Shown here one piece after another: positions 37,360 to 51,360 of a stretch of 64,000 nt of DNA. A program made the translations under genes and the position numbers. Origin of the DNA: Lama guanicoe (Eukaryota); the NCBI GenBank assembly GCA_013239625.1, contig MU054323.1, forward strand, positions 19,300,819 to 19,364,818, in the 5' to 3' direction. Below the pieces are notes generated by a model. It was given only the letters and a program-made list of their open reading frames with translations. It ran no database searches and was not told the DNA's origin. Numbering within the stretch: position 1 is the first letter of the stretch; each line of letters starts with the position of its first letter.

Positions 37360-37865
37360 TTTATTAGTTAGGACTCAGTTTCAGGAACTAGTCTAAGATT
37401 AAAGAGATTTAGTAGAGAGAACTAAGTGTTTTTATGCTCCGAAGTTGACTCCCAGAACACCCCAGAATTGTTCCTGCAGGGAAATAGCTATCTCTGCTAT
37501 TGCCAGAAGATTGCTAGGTTTTGAAGTCATTGTGACAACTGCTGGTTCCAGCATCACACCACCAAGGTCATGAGCTGGATGTCCAAAAGCTACTGCCAGA
37601 ACTGCTGACTCTGACGCCAGGCCACTTTGGCTACAGCAACGCCAGCAAAAAGGATCACTGCACAGCATTGCCCCTCTCTCCACTTAATTCTGTTCTGAAT
37701 TCACAATTCTATTCATTGGCAGAACCTCAATCATATCCAGAACCTGAGCCACAGTGACATCTGAGAAATGATGCTTTTAGCTCTCCAACAAGGATACTAC
37801 AGAAAGTAACAGTAGAAAGGACTGAAATAGTTGTTGAATGATACACACTGTTATAACAGCCACTT
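37360..37865. mobile_element. Old ERVL-MaLR LTR (MLT1J/K-like)
   Basis: ttagttaggactc start; cattggcagaacctcaatcatatccagaacctgagc...tctgagaaatgatgcttttagct. Confidence 0.55.
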
Positions 37866-40157
37866 GTATGTTCATCTGCTGTTCAGGAAGAATAGTGTTT
37901 TCAATGGGCCATTTTTTTTTTAAACAGTTTGATCAGTAGATGTAATAATCCCTTGCCCTATTAACAAATTTACCTAAGAAATAATATTTACCCAAATCAG
38001 ATACAGGTATCTCCCATGTAACATATGTGTTCCTCAAAACAAATGTCTAAATACATTTTTTGTGGATCAAATACTACATTCTCATTGATTTATAGCCTTT
38101 TTTAAGATGAAACTTTTTAATTGATATCCATTTAATGGCCCTTAATTATTTAACTTTAAAATTCTCTGTTCACCAACTTCAAGCAATTAGTGATTTGTTA
38201 GTAAATAACTTAAAAGACTAGGTTGAGGGGGAGGTGAATGGAAAATAGACAAAAATTTATAAAGCAGCACATTACATGCATTCTCTTAAATGTTTTGCAC
38301 TTTAACCTAAGATACCTTGAAATTCCCTCCAGATCAGCGCATAGGAATCGTCTGTATTTTGTTTAAAGCTTCCCAATATTCCATGTTGTCATTGGTATAT
38401 CTGTCTTATATACATTTAGATATTCTTTGTAAACTAATCTGAAAATATTTTCCTTTTAATGGGTGAGTTTATCACAGTTAGCATTAATGATATAATTGAA
38501 AACATCTCTACCCCGATATTATTTTGTATTATATTTAACGTATTTCTGCTAATGTGTTTCTAGGTATTCTATTCCCTTTGCTGTCTTACGCATTTTTTTG
38601 TATTTAGAAAATGTTAGATCTTTGTTTTAATGGTGATCTTTATACAATATCTTTTTATCACATTCCTAAGTGCCCTTTTCCTTACTCAACCTTCTACTAG
38701 AGCTTTCATTCCTCCCATCACCCACGTGGTGATCAATAAGCTTATTCTACTCTCCCCCTCCTCTCTCTTATCCTCACCTCTGTTTTAGTTGTGTTATTTC
38801 TATTTTACAAGAACATATAACATTCGCATACTTCCCCCTGCCTGCCGCCACCTTTCCCTTGGTCTTATTTCTACAATTAAATATATCAAATGTTCAACAG
38901 TATGACTTTGTGAGTTATCCCCAATCATCTCTTGATTTAATGAAGCTTGTCCCCTAGTATGTTCCACAGGAAGGTTTCTAAGTTCAGAAAATTTCTTGAA
39001 TTCTCCATGCTTAGAATTATTTTTCTATAGCCTTGATACTTGAAAAACAACTTCAATGGATATCAAAACTTTACATTATGTTTTCTTTCCTTGGGTTTTG
39101 TGACAACACTGTTTTACTGCTACTATCAGATTTCTAAAACTAGCCTGATTTCCTTTGTTTTCTAAATGACTTGATCTTTTTGCCCATCTCAAGAATTTTC
39201 CTAAAGACTAATAGTTTTACTAGGACGTGTCTCAGAGGTGACATTTATGCTCAGTTTTCCAGGTACACAGTAGGCTTTTCCAATCTGTAAATTTTTTTTT
39301 AATTTCCACCATTTTTTATTGAATTATAGTTTCAAATATTAGTTCTAGTTCTTTTTCCGTCTTTGGGGACTACAATCACTCGTATGTTGGACTCTCTTTG
39401 CCAATCTTCTACATCCAATCTTTTCTCATCCATTTATCTTTTGTATTTGTCTATCCTTGGCTATTTCCATGAGTCTCCTTCATACTTTCAGTCCATCTAT
39501 CTATCCTCCCCAGAATAAGCTGTAATTTTGTCTTCATCTCTAAAATGATTTAAAAATTTTTTCTCCCTTTTCCCCTGAGTTTATTTGATCAACACTTGTC
39601 TCGCATCTTCCTCTTTATTCTTTTCTTTTTATGCTGCTGTTCTTTTCCATTCTATGTCTGTTTTTGAATTTCTGATTCAAAGAGTCCTTTTGTGTGTGAA
39701 AATACTTGTTGATGATATTGAATGAATGTTGAGATGTATTTCAGTTGTCCTCTGCTTCACAGTTGCTTTCCTAGTGGTGTGGGAGGTGAGAAATGTTTTT
39801 ACCATGTGAAAACCTTTGATTTTCACTTCTAATTCCCCCCTTCAAGTAGCTCTGTGTGGGTGTTGCCTACCATTTTCTGTTCAATTTAAATATTTTGGAT
39901 TCTCCTGCACCATAAATAACAGGTGTTTTTCTATGGGAAGAGATTGAGGTGAAGGTTTTGGGTGGATTAATGGCTTCTAAATTCTTAGTTGGTATAGAAA
40001 AGTTGAGCTTCTTTCATAGGTGTACTTTTGCAGAATGGTGCACATTTCTTGTGACTCAGTAATATTCTTTTATTTAAGGAACATAATTTTTATATCTTGC
40101 TTGTTCCCTCATTTCCTTCCATTTACCAATCGGCCTTCAAAGAAAACCTCCTTCAAT

Positions 40158-40222
40158 GGGTGGGTATAGCTCAGTGGTAGAGCATATGTTTAGCATGCAG
40201 GAGGTCCTGGGTTAAATCCCCA
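40158..40222 (+). mobile_element. tRNA-Ala-derived camelid SINE head, running into the gap
   Basis: gggtatagctcagtggtagagcatatgtttagcatgcaggaggtcctgggttaaatcccca. Confidence 0.85.
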
Positions 40223-40286
40223 NNNNNNNNNNNNNNNNNNNNNNNNNNNNNNNNNNNNNNNNNNNNNNNNNNNNNNNNNNNNNNNN
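40223..40286. other. Assembly gap (64 N)
   Basis: Run of n. Confidence 1.
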
Positions 40287-40789
40287 AGAGAAAGCCCCCT
40301 TCCTTCCAAATTGCCTCCAGGTTCCCAGGAATTGGTACCTTCTCAAGTTGGTTACCTCTGGTCCCACAAACTTTTAAGCCTTGTCCTTTTGATTCCCCAG
40401 TAGCCAGTACTCCCCTACACCAGGGTTCACACCGATTCCCAATCTTTTTACTCAGAGTAGAATCTTTTGTTCAGGGAATGACTTTATCTGTGCTCCATTC
40501 CTACTAATACCTGCCTCCCTCTCCTGTTTTCTGTAAGTCTCTACTTGACTCCACTCTGGATTGGGATCCAGAGGTGACTCGGATGGTTTTAGACATTTAT
40601 TTTCCCACTTACACATTCAAGTAAGTTTGTAGTACTCTCTGTTTCTGGGTATGCTGTAGGTGTGATTTAGGGGTGCATTTTTTTTCCTTCTTGTTACTCT
40701 TGACATTTTTAAAAGATACAGGGACAAGTTCAGATTTAGGCAGACAACATGATCCTACAGGAACCTGGAATTCCCACTTGATATTTTTT

Positions 40790-41165
40790 AAGCTATTTAA
40801 ACGGCATCATTCTGCATATATTCCTAATATAGAAACTCCATGTATATTTGTACATTAATTGGTATCCAAGAAACTTATTAAGCTATTATAATAATTGATA
40901 TATAGATTTTAGGAAGATATTTTATGTATACAATCATGTCATCTGTAAATAATGACAATTTTACATCTTCCTTTCCAATCCTTACATCTTTTGTATCTTT
41001 TCTTCTTGCTACATAATGCTTTCAATAAACTGCTGGAGAGAAGTTTTGCTTAATGACATCTTTTCTTATTTCTAGCAACAACGAGAAAACTCTCTATGTG
41101 TCACTAATAAGAAGGATGTTTTCCTTCATGTGTTTATCTAGTGTATTTTTAGTGAAATAGGATAG
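40790..41165 (-). mobile_element. Old L1 ORF2 fragment
   Basis: tatacaatcatgtcatctgtaaataatgacaattttacatcttcctttccaatcctta. Confidence 0.75.
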
Positions 41166-42871
41166 AGTGTAAATCTTAGTGAAATATATCCTATTTTCCC
41201 AGAGTGAATCATTAAAGCTCACAGCTAAAGATGAAAAATTCCAAGTCTCACCAGCTGCTGAGGTTATCCATCTCCTGCAGGGCTCAATGGGCAGAACTCT
41301 ATCGAACCTGAGCACTATCAAGTCATGAGGTATAAATATAAAGCAATTTTATTTTTGCCAATAGATGTAACCACCATGCTGTATTCAGCTCCCCTTTCTT
41401 CTGAGTTCCTTTACGATCTATTAATATGACTCTTTTTCAAAAAATTTAACATGCACTAGTTAAAGCAGTTACATTTTCATTTTTAAGACTCTAGTCTGCT
41501 CATTTCAAATATTTAATCTCACAATTAGAGAAAATTCTTGAAGCACACAGTAGGTGAGACTGTTCTTACACCAGCCCTATTCCTAATCCTTGGTCCCCAA
41601 CCCTTTCATTTGGGTTATTGCTGATACTATTACAGGAAAGAGGAAAAGGAAAAACAGATATTTCCTATGTGTTGCCTATGGCAAGGTTACTCCTCTCTTC
41701 CTGTTTCAAGCACCCCCAAGTGCTTGCATCAAGTAGCACTACTCTGCCACAGAAGCATCTGCTCCTTGCTATAGCAAGCCCCAGCAAACTTGCAACCCTA
41801 ACCCCATATACCCACCATAGCCCTCAACTCTGGAGCCTAATGGCATAGGTAAGTCCATTGCTCCTAACTCGGGAGACCGAGAACTTGAGAGGCCACGCCA
41901 GCATGCCAGCTCTCTCAGAGCTCTTTGCCTGGGTCAGCATCATCAGGACAGAAGAGTAAGCATAGCTGCTTGGCAGAGATCCTCCAGGACACTGGAGGTC
42001 ATTTTCCCCTCTAGTAGACGTGCCCAAACTCTGGTTCTCTTAACCCTTTCCCTTGTCTTGAGAGACAGCAACCAGTTGAGTACCCTTATCATCTCCCACA
42101 GGAAGGAGAACGAAGGGGGTATCTTCTTTGCATAAAGAATCACTCCCTACAAAAGGCATAATCAGCTCGCTTCCAGCCTTTGTCTTACATGAACTGAGAT
42201 GGGTGGAGTCAGGTGGAGAGGGCCTACCTCTGATGAAAGGGCACTTCTTAGCCACCCCTGTAGGGTGGTGACCAGCCCAACAGTTGATGGGTTCTCTAAA
42301 CTTAAAATGTGGAATAGGGAAACTCTCTTGTTCTAAGCCTCAGGCTTTCATTCTCAATTTCTGAAAAAACAGAGGTGCTCCTACTTGGCACCTCATAACT
42401 TCACCATCATATAAAGCAGTCTTTACCTCTAACTCATGAACTTTGTCTCTGTCCCAGGCTTACTTCAAATCATAAAAATGATCGATGCTGCTTAACTGTT
42501 GTTTTTTTTTTTTTAATATCCACTTGACCATCTGATCAAAATTTGTAGGACAGAAAAGCCATGTATCAAGTATCTTATAATGCTGGGGGAAAAAAAATTA
42601 GAGTTGTCACCATGAGGGCACATTTATAAACAATGGCATCTTGCCTGGTTCTCCATCTGTAAGATGGAGCAGCTAGCCAATGCCATCACTCAGCTATTTC
42701 AGGGCCGGCATACGTAACTTGGAGGAAGCGAGAGCTAAGGACCGTCAAATTAAAGCCATCTGTAATATTTATATTTATCATACTGTGACTGCATCCTGAC
42801 TTATTAATACAACTGCAGACAGTGACAACAAAATTTATGAGAGGACACACCCCCTCGTGGACAGGAACCAA

Positions 42872-42955
42872 TTCTCTTTCTTTCTCCTTCTTTCCATCTT
42901 TCCTCCCTTCCTTCCTCCCTTCCTTCTTGATCATTTCTTCCTTTATCTCTTTCTA
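42872..42955. repeat. Pyrimidine-rich (TTCC)n-like low-complexity tract
   Basis: Direct reading. Confidence 0.85.
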
Positions 42956-45900
42956 CTGTCCTCAGCATATGGCCATCATAAGTCCTCAGAAAATGTTTGT
43001 CAAGTGAAACAAAACTGAAATGTACCATTTATTAAAAATAAATATGCTACAGTAGGCTCCCTGGACAATGAACTGAACTGTCCTCAACTTCCTAATGACA
43101 GGGCTGTTGGCACTGAGCTCTACAGTGGCCCTTCCTAAATCTAAGCTATCTCTGTGCACTGCTAATCTGGCTTGCTGACTGCTTGCTTGCTTGCTTGCTT
43201 GATTCTGCCACTGCAATCTCTGATCGTTTTATCAGAGAGGAAATAAATGTGTCCTACAATGCCATTATAGTTCTCCCTTTCCTCCTATTTAATCTTTCCT
43301 CTCTCACAGAATCTAAAGTCTTCTCAGCTGCAGTCCTCCAACTCTCTTACATGATTATAAAATGGAACTGCATCTGGGAGAGGAACCCATACCACAACTC
43401 TGCCCAGAGTGCACTGCAATCTCTTCTCTCCAATCTCCATACACACATCATGAGTTACTGCTACCACTGCTGAACCTACAGCACGCAATCTACTGAGTTA
43501 TTGTGTGGGTTGAGGGTCCTGTGGATTTTGAAGGAAGTAGGGTCCAAGGCAAAACTTGGTCAAGAAGTAGAAAAGCTGCTGTAAAAATAAGATCAATCAT
43601 ATTTTTTAAAATTTTCCATGAAGAATGACTCTCTGGTCCTTGAGGACTGACAAGAAACTGAGATCCAATTGTGCAGTAATTAGGAAACAAAGAGACAACC
43701 AAAAACAAATATATTCAACATCAGAGGCAAAGCAAAAGAAGAGAAGGGACTGACTGGGACTGAAACCCAGAGACAAAAGGAAATTTTGTGAAGAAAATAG
43801 GAGGTGATTGAAAACAGAGGATTCTTGGCTAACTCGGGTGTGGAGTGAGACTGAATGAGAAACTATGGAACATGATGAACAAGAGGATGAGGGGACTGGG
43901 GCTTGAGAACTAAGGCTCAACGCCTCAGTATCCCAGGTGTGTGGTAACACAGCAATGTCTTCCGGCCGCTGAGGAGCTCGGCCATCTCAGCCTCTGATAC
44001 GGTACCATCCCAGTGTCAATTCCCCTGGAGGCCTTTAGCTATCATTCTGTCCTGGTCTGACCTTTCCTGTGGCCTGAGAAAACACCTTTCTAATGGCAGA
44101 CTGGGATAACAGCTGAATTTTGTGGCCATGAAATTAATTGATCTCAAATGTATTTATCAAATACAAGAACTCTGCCGAGTGCATCCTGGACCACTCACAG
44201 GACCTAAGAAAATCAAAACCAAAAAATAAAGTTGGAAACACACTAAAGCTCAAATGTTAAAAAATTACAACTGGTTCTTAGAAAAGCTGAAAAGTGTTTG
44301 TACTTCGGTATTGATGTTTTATGTGCCAAGCCTGATTATTTTTTTCATGGAAATGAATGGTATAACTATAAACAACTGTCACCTGTCGTTATAACAAATA
44401 GCTCCCATTGACGGTTAGTTGGCATTGTGTTTCCTTAGTTTTAATGTTTTGAAAAAAGAAAGAGGAAGAGAAAGAAATGGCTGAAACTCCATAAAAGGAA
44501 CATTTGGTTTTAAAGTTATAAAATTGTTGAGTCAAGATATTTTTAGTAAAATTAGTTCCATCACACCGAAGGTGTAAACCCAAATTCTGGCACATAAGCA
44601 TATGTGTGTGGCTATGCTCCAAATAATTGAAGGAAAAATTATTTCCATACCTAAATAGACAAACTACTCATAACTCCCTACTTCTTTGTATTTTCATCTT
44701 GACTGAAGATGAGGTTTGCATTTCAACCCTGGTTTGTTATGTTTATTATCTCATTTTTCTTATGGACTCCAAACAAGAAGTGAATTATTATAAAAATATC
44801 TAACTCTGAAATTTGATGAAACTGACTTGAGGATGTATGCTTCTTAATATTAATAGGGTTCTTATACTTATTTTTTAGATGCCCTGAAAAAAATAGAAAT
44901 CATTTACTGAGCACCTGTTTACAAATCAGAAGCATAAGGTATGATTTTTATCTTCAGAGAGGTTTAATCTAGTTGGAAATACCAGACAAGTACATGTGAT
45001 AAACCAGTTATATTGTTAAACAATTACTTGTATGGTAAAGAGCGTGTATATTTTATATGTTCACCAAAAAAAGACAGTTAAGGTTTGCAGCAATGTTGGA
45101 AGCCTTCATGTAAATACAGAACTTAAATTGAACCACAAAAGTTGGGTAGAATTTGTTTTCAGTATGTGCAACTAGGTATATCTTGTGTTTTACCAGAAAG
45201 GAAAAAAGAAAAAAAATAGCTTCTCTTGATGAGAGGAAGAAAGAATATAAAGGCAATCTGTGTCACTACTGAACAAATCTAGGAGCCATGACAATCGGGA
45301 TACATTAGTGTACTATTTCCTGCAGTCTGTTTAATCTTCAGTGACTTAAACACAAAGCTTCTGTGAAACCATCTGCACAGTCTCACTCTCCACCAGTCAA
45401 GAGAGAACGGGTCAGGAAGGAAGATTATCTATACAGCCCTTAAAGAAAAGTGATTACCATGCCAATATGGTCTAACCCAGGTCCACTGTGCTGGTCAGAA
45501 AATTTCAGAAATCTCAATTGATTATAGAGCTCTAATTCCCAAGAAGTTACCTTCATTTCCTCTGAAAATCCTGCCCTTAAATTTTCTGTACACCATATTG
45601 TAGAGTCATTCCAAAGAAGTCTGCCTATTTGGCCCAATTCTGAAAGAAAGCCCCCATAACTTCAGCTAAGTGGAAAATTGAAGCAATTATGGAGATAATT
45701 CACTTGTGACTGTGAGGTGGTTGAGTCACTCCAGGCAAGTTTGCACAGTGATGGAAATGAAGTAGGCATTCTCTCCAAAGGAGATCATCAAGTTGTTAGA
45801 ACATAATAAATTGATTTTAGTATACATTAGGGCCTTATTATCTTTTAATTTCATGCAGAGGGTATTTTTATTCTGTACTTAATCCTATTCTAAGTGCCTA

Positions 45901-46419
45901 CACCAGAGCTCCCAATCAAATCTTTATTCTCACATGCACAGAAGGAAGAGAAAAAGAAAACACAATCTGTCTTAGTTACTAATCAATGTAAGGATAGTCT
46001 AACGAAGAAGAAAACCCTTAGGAAAACTTTTTTAAAAACAGTCTCAACGCTTCTAAGAATTTCAAGTTAACTTGCAATTCTTTGCAATTCTTCAGGCAAT
46101 TCTGAACTATCCAAAAGGGTGAAGATGGAGAGAGAGAGAGAGAAAAAAAACGGGGGGGGGGGCAAGACATAAGGAATGTTTAGGATTAAAGACTTTAAGG
46201 AAAGAAAAGGAGAGACCTTCTGCCTGATGGAAAATATTCTCTAGCCCCTCGTAAAGTACATATTATCTGCCCTTCTGTCCCAGAAGAGGTAGGCTGTCCC
46301 TCCCACCTATGCCCTGGCCTCACCCTCCTCACCTCCTCAGGGCAGCATCTCATCAAATTCCTCCTCTCCCTTTCAATCAACATATGAATGGGGGCAAACG
46401 ACTCCAAGCTTTCATTATC

Positions 46420-47625
46420 TCAGGATATACATAGAGAAAAGTGCAAAATCATAAAAGAGGAAGTTTCAGAGTGAATGCACCTGTGTAAATGCCATCCAGA
46501 ATCAACAGGTATGTCTACCATCACCCTAGAAACCTCCATTGTGCCCCCACCAGGAACTCCCTCTCCGAAAGATAACCACTCTCCTGACCTCTAACACCAC
46601 TGGTTAATTCTGCCTATTTTAAAATTTTCTCTAAATTGAATCAATCCATCTCTCTCTCTTGTGTCTGGCTTCTTGGACCAATATCACATTTGTGAAATAT
46701 ATCCATGTTGTTGCACACATGTAGCTTTGTCCATTAATTCTCCTTGCTGTACAGTATCCTGCTGTATGAATAATGTACAATTTATTCCATGGGTGATAGA
46801 GATTTGTTTCCAGTGTGGACCTTTTACTAAACAGGAATTGTAAAACAGGGCTACCATGAACATTCTTAGCTGAACATATAGACATTTGGCAGGAGGGAGG
46901 GGGTATACCTGACAGCATTTCTGTATCACAGAGTATGCTATGTATATATTCCACTTTAGTAGACACTGTCAGTTTTCTAAAGAAAAGGGATCTATTTACT
47001 CTCCCAGCAGCAATATACGAGAGATCCAGTTGTTCTATGTCCTCTCCAAACCTTGGTATTTTCAATTCTATTGTTGGTAGTGGTGGCCATTCTGGCACAG
47101 GTGCATAGATACCTAACTGTGGTTTTAATTTACTTTTAGCTGATGAATAATGACAATGACCAACTTTCCCCATGTTTACTGGCCACAAGGGACCAGTTCA
47201 AGTGTGTTGTCCATGTTTCTATTGAGGGCCTGTTTGCTGTTTCTCTTTATACACCGTGGATATGTTTCTCCCAATCTTCCCCCATCCCTTTCTTATATAC
47301 ATATATATATCTATTATATATTGTACAATAGTTGTATATAATATGCATTTATAAATACATTATATTATATAATATATAAATATATTAATATGTAACATAT
47401 ACATACATAGTATATGTACTATATTGTACATATATAAAAGATCCTCTACATTGTAGATTGCCTTTAAATACTCTAGTGTCCTCTGATAACAAAAGTGCTT
47501 CATTTTAATGGAGTCCAATTAATCATATTTTTTCCTTCAAGATTAGTGGCTTTTGTGTTCTATGTAAGACACTTTTACCTACTGCAATGTCAAGAAAATA
47601 TTGCCCTGTTTCATTCTGGAAACTT
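46420..47625 (-). mobile_element. L1ME-type 3' end with internal AT-rich tract (about 47295-47440)
   Basis: agagtgaatgcacctgtgtaa...gataaccactctcctgacctctaacacca...tttactctcccagcagcaatatacgagag. Confidence 0.85.
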
Positions 47626-48236
47626 ACTTTAAGCGGCTTAAATCTCCCTCTGGCTATAATTCCCATTCCTTCCCTTGACAGTAAACTTCACAAAATAGTT
47701 GTATTCCCCATCTTCTCTTCTTCAAAAATAACCTGAATTCTGACTGCCCCTCCCCATGCCCACTACTCCATGAAGCTATTCTCTTCAGGCTAACCCATAT
47801 CTCCCTAGTTGCCAAAGGGGAATTTTTCCGTTCTTATCCTCAGTTGACCATATCACATTGGATGCTGTTGACTAAGCCCTCTTTCCATAAACTTTCTTCT
47901 TAAAAATTTTAGGATTCCATTTCATCCGTTTTCAGGATTCTATTTCATCCATATTCTACAACCACCTCAGTTCATTCCTTCTCAGTCTTCTTTGTGGGCT
48001 CCTTTTCCTCTAATAATGTTTTAAGTATGTAACTACAACATGCACAAAACTCCACTGTGCCCCAGACACCACACTAAATACTGCAAATATGGTGGTGAGC
48101 TTTTGCTCACACATGGCCCCTGATGTCATGGAGCTTAGTATCTGGTGGTAGACACAAACATTAATCAAATAATTACCATGATGAATATACAATTACAGAC
48201 TGGGATCAGAGCTCTGAAGGAAATAAAGGTCTATGA

Positions 48237-48442
48237 AAGGTCTCAGGAAACTATGGCCTGAGGGCTAAATGTGGCCCACTGGTTGGATTTGTAAATAAAG
48301 TTTTATTGAAATACATACATATTGTCTACAGCTGGTTTCACACCACAGCAACAGAGGGCAGTAGGCACAGAGACCACACGGCGTGTAAAGCCTAAAATAT
48401 CTACTATCCAGCCTTTTACAGAAAAACATTTACCGACTCCAG
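48237..48442 (+). mobile_element. MER58A (hAT-Charlie) with 8-bp TSD
   Basis: tttgtaaataaagttttattgaa...aaagcctaaaatatctactatc; TSD gtctatga (48229-48236) / gtctatta (48443-48450). Confidence 0.9.
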
Positions 48443-48769
48443 GTCTATTATAAGAAACATAACCCAGACTGGGCATATGCTGGTCAGGAAAGGCCTTCTT
48501 TCCTAGGACACTGGCTCTCAGGTCTCAGGAGTAATAGGTATTTACTAGACAAAGAGAGGAAGGTAAAGCTCTAACCAGAGAAACAGCATATACAAAGGTC
48601 CTATACGGAAAGGAACATGGCACATGCCAAGGAAATGAGCGAAAGAAATGAGGCTGGAGAGACAGCCAGGGACAAGATCACACTGCACCTTGAAATTCAC
48701 ATTACCAGTGCTTCAGGTTTTTTCTAATGGACCACCATTAACTACTTTTTAAGCAGAGCAAGGTAGGGA

Positions 48770-49190
48770 GGTCTTTGTCATGGCTGTTTCTCTCTGTCTC
48801 TTGGCTCTGACTTCTTTGGTGTTGGCTTTGTTCTCAGGCTATTCAAGGTAGCCCCCAACAACTCCTAGTTAACAGCCTCCCAATTCAAGTCCAGAAGAAA
48901 AGAGAGATTTCCTCTCTGCAATAGATCAAGTATGTCCTATTTCTAATTGCTAATATCCTGTTTTCAGTCACATGTCCACCAATGAACCAATCACCAAGGC
49001 CTGAGGAATGGAATAAGCCAACTGACTTATGCCTACTTACATAGCCACCCCTAGAGCTGACCACAGGATCAGCCTCAACCATTTGCAATAAAAGTCAGAC
49101 ATACGTAGCAGCCCAAAGGAAACATGGGGCACTCTTTCAAGGAGTAAAATGAATGAATGCTGGATGGAAAAACCAAAATATTTTCAGCAC
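48770..49190. mobile_element. Old MLT1 (ERVL-MaLR) LTR fragment
   Basis: tgttggctttgttctcaggct...gtcacatgtccaccaatgaaccaatcac. Confidence 0.7.
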
Positions 49191-50719
49191 AAGACACGGA
49201 TGGGGAATAATTTCTCTTCTCCCTGTATATGGCTTCTAAGAACATCTCATCCATACCTCGGTTTTCAACTGCCACCTATATAATAATCTATTTGTAAATA
49301 TCTGCCTGCTTGTAGCCCTAAATGCTTTCCTGGTCTCCAAATCCTTTAATCCAACTACTTGTTTCACAATTCTACTTGGATATGCTACAGGTTTTGTTTA
49401 ATGAGAAAAGCCAATTAATTACCTGGCTGTCAGTCCTACTCCTCCTTCTGCATTCTCTTGTCTTGCCCAAAACAGAATCTAATGAATTATTCTACACACC
49501 TTCCCAAATCTTATCAAGCTATCTAATCAGTCACCAAGTGTTATGACATATCTTTCCCACCCCCTATTTAAAATTCTTCAAATGATTCTTGCCACCTCCA
49601 AAATAAAATTCAACTATCTTGTGAAGACATTTCAAGATGCTTCACAAGGTCCCTGTGACCTCTGAAGAAACACTTCTGTACTCAGTCTTTCACTCTTCCC
49701 TTTGCCAGTACTTTTCCTTCCTTCTAAACTTCCCCTGCTTTCCTTCTTCTTCATGTGTCCAACTCATGTTGGTTATTCAAGAATAAGCTTAAGCCTCACT
49801 TTCTTTAGGAAATGAAACCAGAATCACTGAGTCTGGTCCTCTTCTTCTGGCCCTCATAATACCTGTGGCACGCTCACATCTTAAAGCCCATCACACGCCA
49901 GAATTTATTCCTCTGTCTCACATAGTCTGCCGGCTCTCTGAAGGATGGGGAAGCATCTTATCTTTCTATCACCATGACCTAGGAAGTGCCTGGCATATAA
50001 CGAACACCCAGTGAACACTCGTTGAAGAATTCTATTCAAATCAACTGGGGAAAGAGATGACACTTTTTGAAGAAAAGTTCATTGATGGAAATAAAAAAAC
50101 ATGGAAACTATACGGTAGTGATAGGATAAGTTAATCAAAGTCAATAGTTCATTAACTATTTTTTAAAGCCCTTTTTTGACCTCTACTTATCTCTTTTCTA
50201 GCAAATGGTGTCCATTCCCAGAGAAGCAGATGTTTAATAAAAGATTTCAACCATAAAATGCAGTCACATAGACCAACCTAATGCTAAGGAAGTGTCTTCT
50301 CTAGTTTCCATAAAATGCCTCATTTAATGCCCTGCACCCCAAAGGCACCCATTATTTAGTAATTAGTGATCACAATCTTCAGGCAGATACAGAATGATAA
50401 AACTTATGGTAAGCATGATCTAACATTTACTGTTCCTAGTAATATAAGTAAATAACAGAAAGCAAGTTATAGAACCACCTCCAGGTTTATGAAAATTTCA
50501 GTGGAGGTGGTTCATGGAACTACTCTTTGGTCTCAGGACTTTGGGGAGCTAATTTCTGCCCATAAAAGATACTCTTTGTTTATGTTTTTTATATCTTTTT
50601 ATTCATTTTTCTTCTACAATTTAAATACAGTTTCCTTTAGAATATTATTTTACTTTATTCAAGTATCATATTCCTTTATAAATTTAATTTTTTATTATAC
50701 ACCAGACATTCTTTCCCCT

Positions 50720-51110
50720 GTAGATACATGAAGAACAAAATCTGCCCAATCTCTGCTTATAGTGCTTATAGCCTAGGGAGGAAATGAAGTCATTAAACAA
50801 ACAACCACTCACACACACAAATTGAAAAAAAGAACACTGCGATACATTTTGAAAAACATTACAGCTTTCTACTACAAGCATCTGAATTAACATGGGAGGT
50901 AAGGGAAGGCCTCCCTGAAGAAAAGATGCTGGAGCTGTGATCTGAAAATGAAGGCAATTGATTAGCTAAAGGGAAATGAGGCTTCGAGAAAGCAGAGCCC
51001 ACTGCAGGCAGGAAAATGTCATGTGCAATGGCTCTGAGACAGCAAGGAGCATGGCATATTCCAAGGACCAAATAAAAACAAAAACAATCCTCTATTCCCA
51101 TTAAGTGCAG
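50720..51110 (-). mobile_element. L2 fragment
   Basis: agggaaggcctccctgaagaaaagatg...atgtgcaatggctctgagacag. Confidence 0.75.
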
Positions 51111-51124
51111 TTTTTCAAAGATGG

Positions 51125-51360
51125 GGAGCAATAGGATTTAGTAGAAGAGACACTGAATTAAAAATGTATAAATACGATCTGAATCCTGGTTCTTCCTCTC
51201 AGTTGGCTGTACGACTCTGATAAAGCGCAATCTTTGTGTACCTGCCTCTCCAAATTCATAAAGAGGATTAAACTAAGTTTCTCTGCAAACTTCTCACAGT
51301 GTATTGCAATTCAAAAGTTAATGGGAAACTATTCTGGACCAATGACAGGTATTATTACTG
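51125..51360 (+). mobile_element. MIR-family fragment
   Basis: gatctgaatcctggttcttcctctcagttggctgtacgactctg. Confidence 0.5.

Larger units (their letters stand above)
38420..40775 (-). mobile_element. HAL1 / ancient L1 ORF1-type element, interrupted by a SINE and the gap
   Basis: T-rich antisense ORF1-like sequence: gccttgatacttgaaaaacaacttcaatggatatcaaaac; tttactaggacgtgtctcag; tatgttggactctctttgcc. Confidence 0.7.
47640..50030. mobile_element. Nested L2 fragments on both strands hosting MER58A and an MLT1 LTR
   Basis: L2 motifs (ctagttgccaaa; tcatggagcttagtatctggtgg; aagtgcctggcatataacgaacacccagtgaacactcgttgaa). Confidence 0.7.

Noticed and set aside
46631..47188. 185-aa ORF, the longest in the window
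   Set aside because: Chance read-through of a decayed L1ME ORF2/3'UTR.
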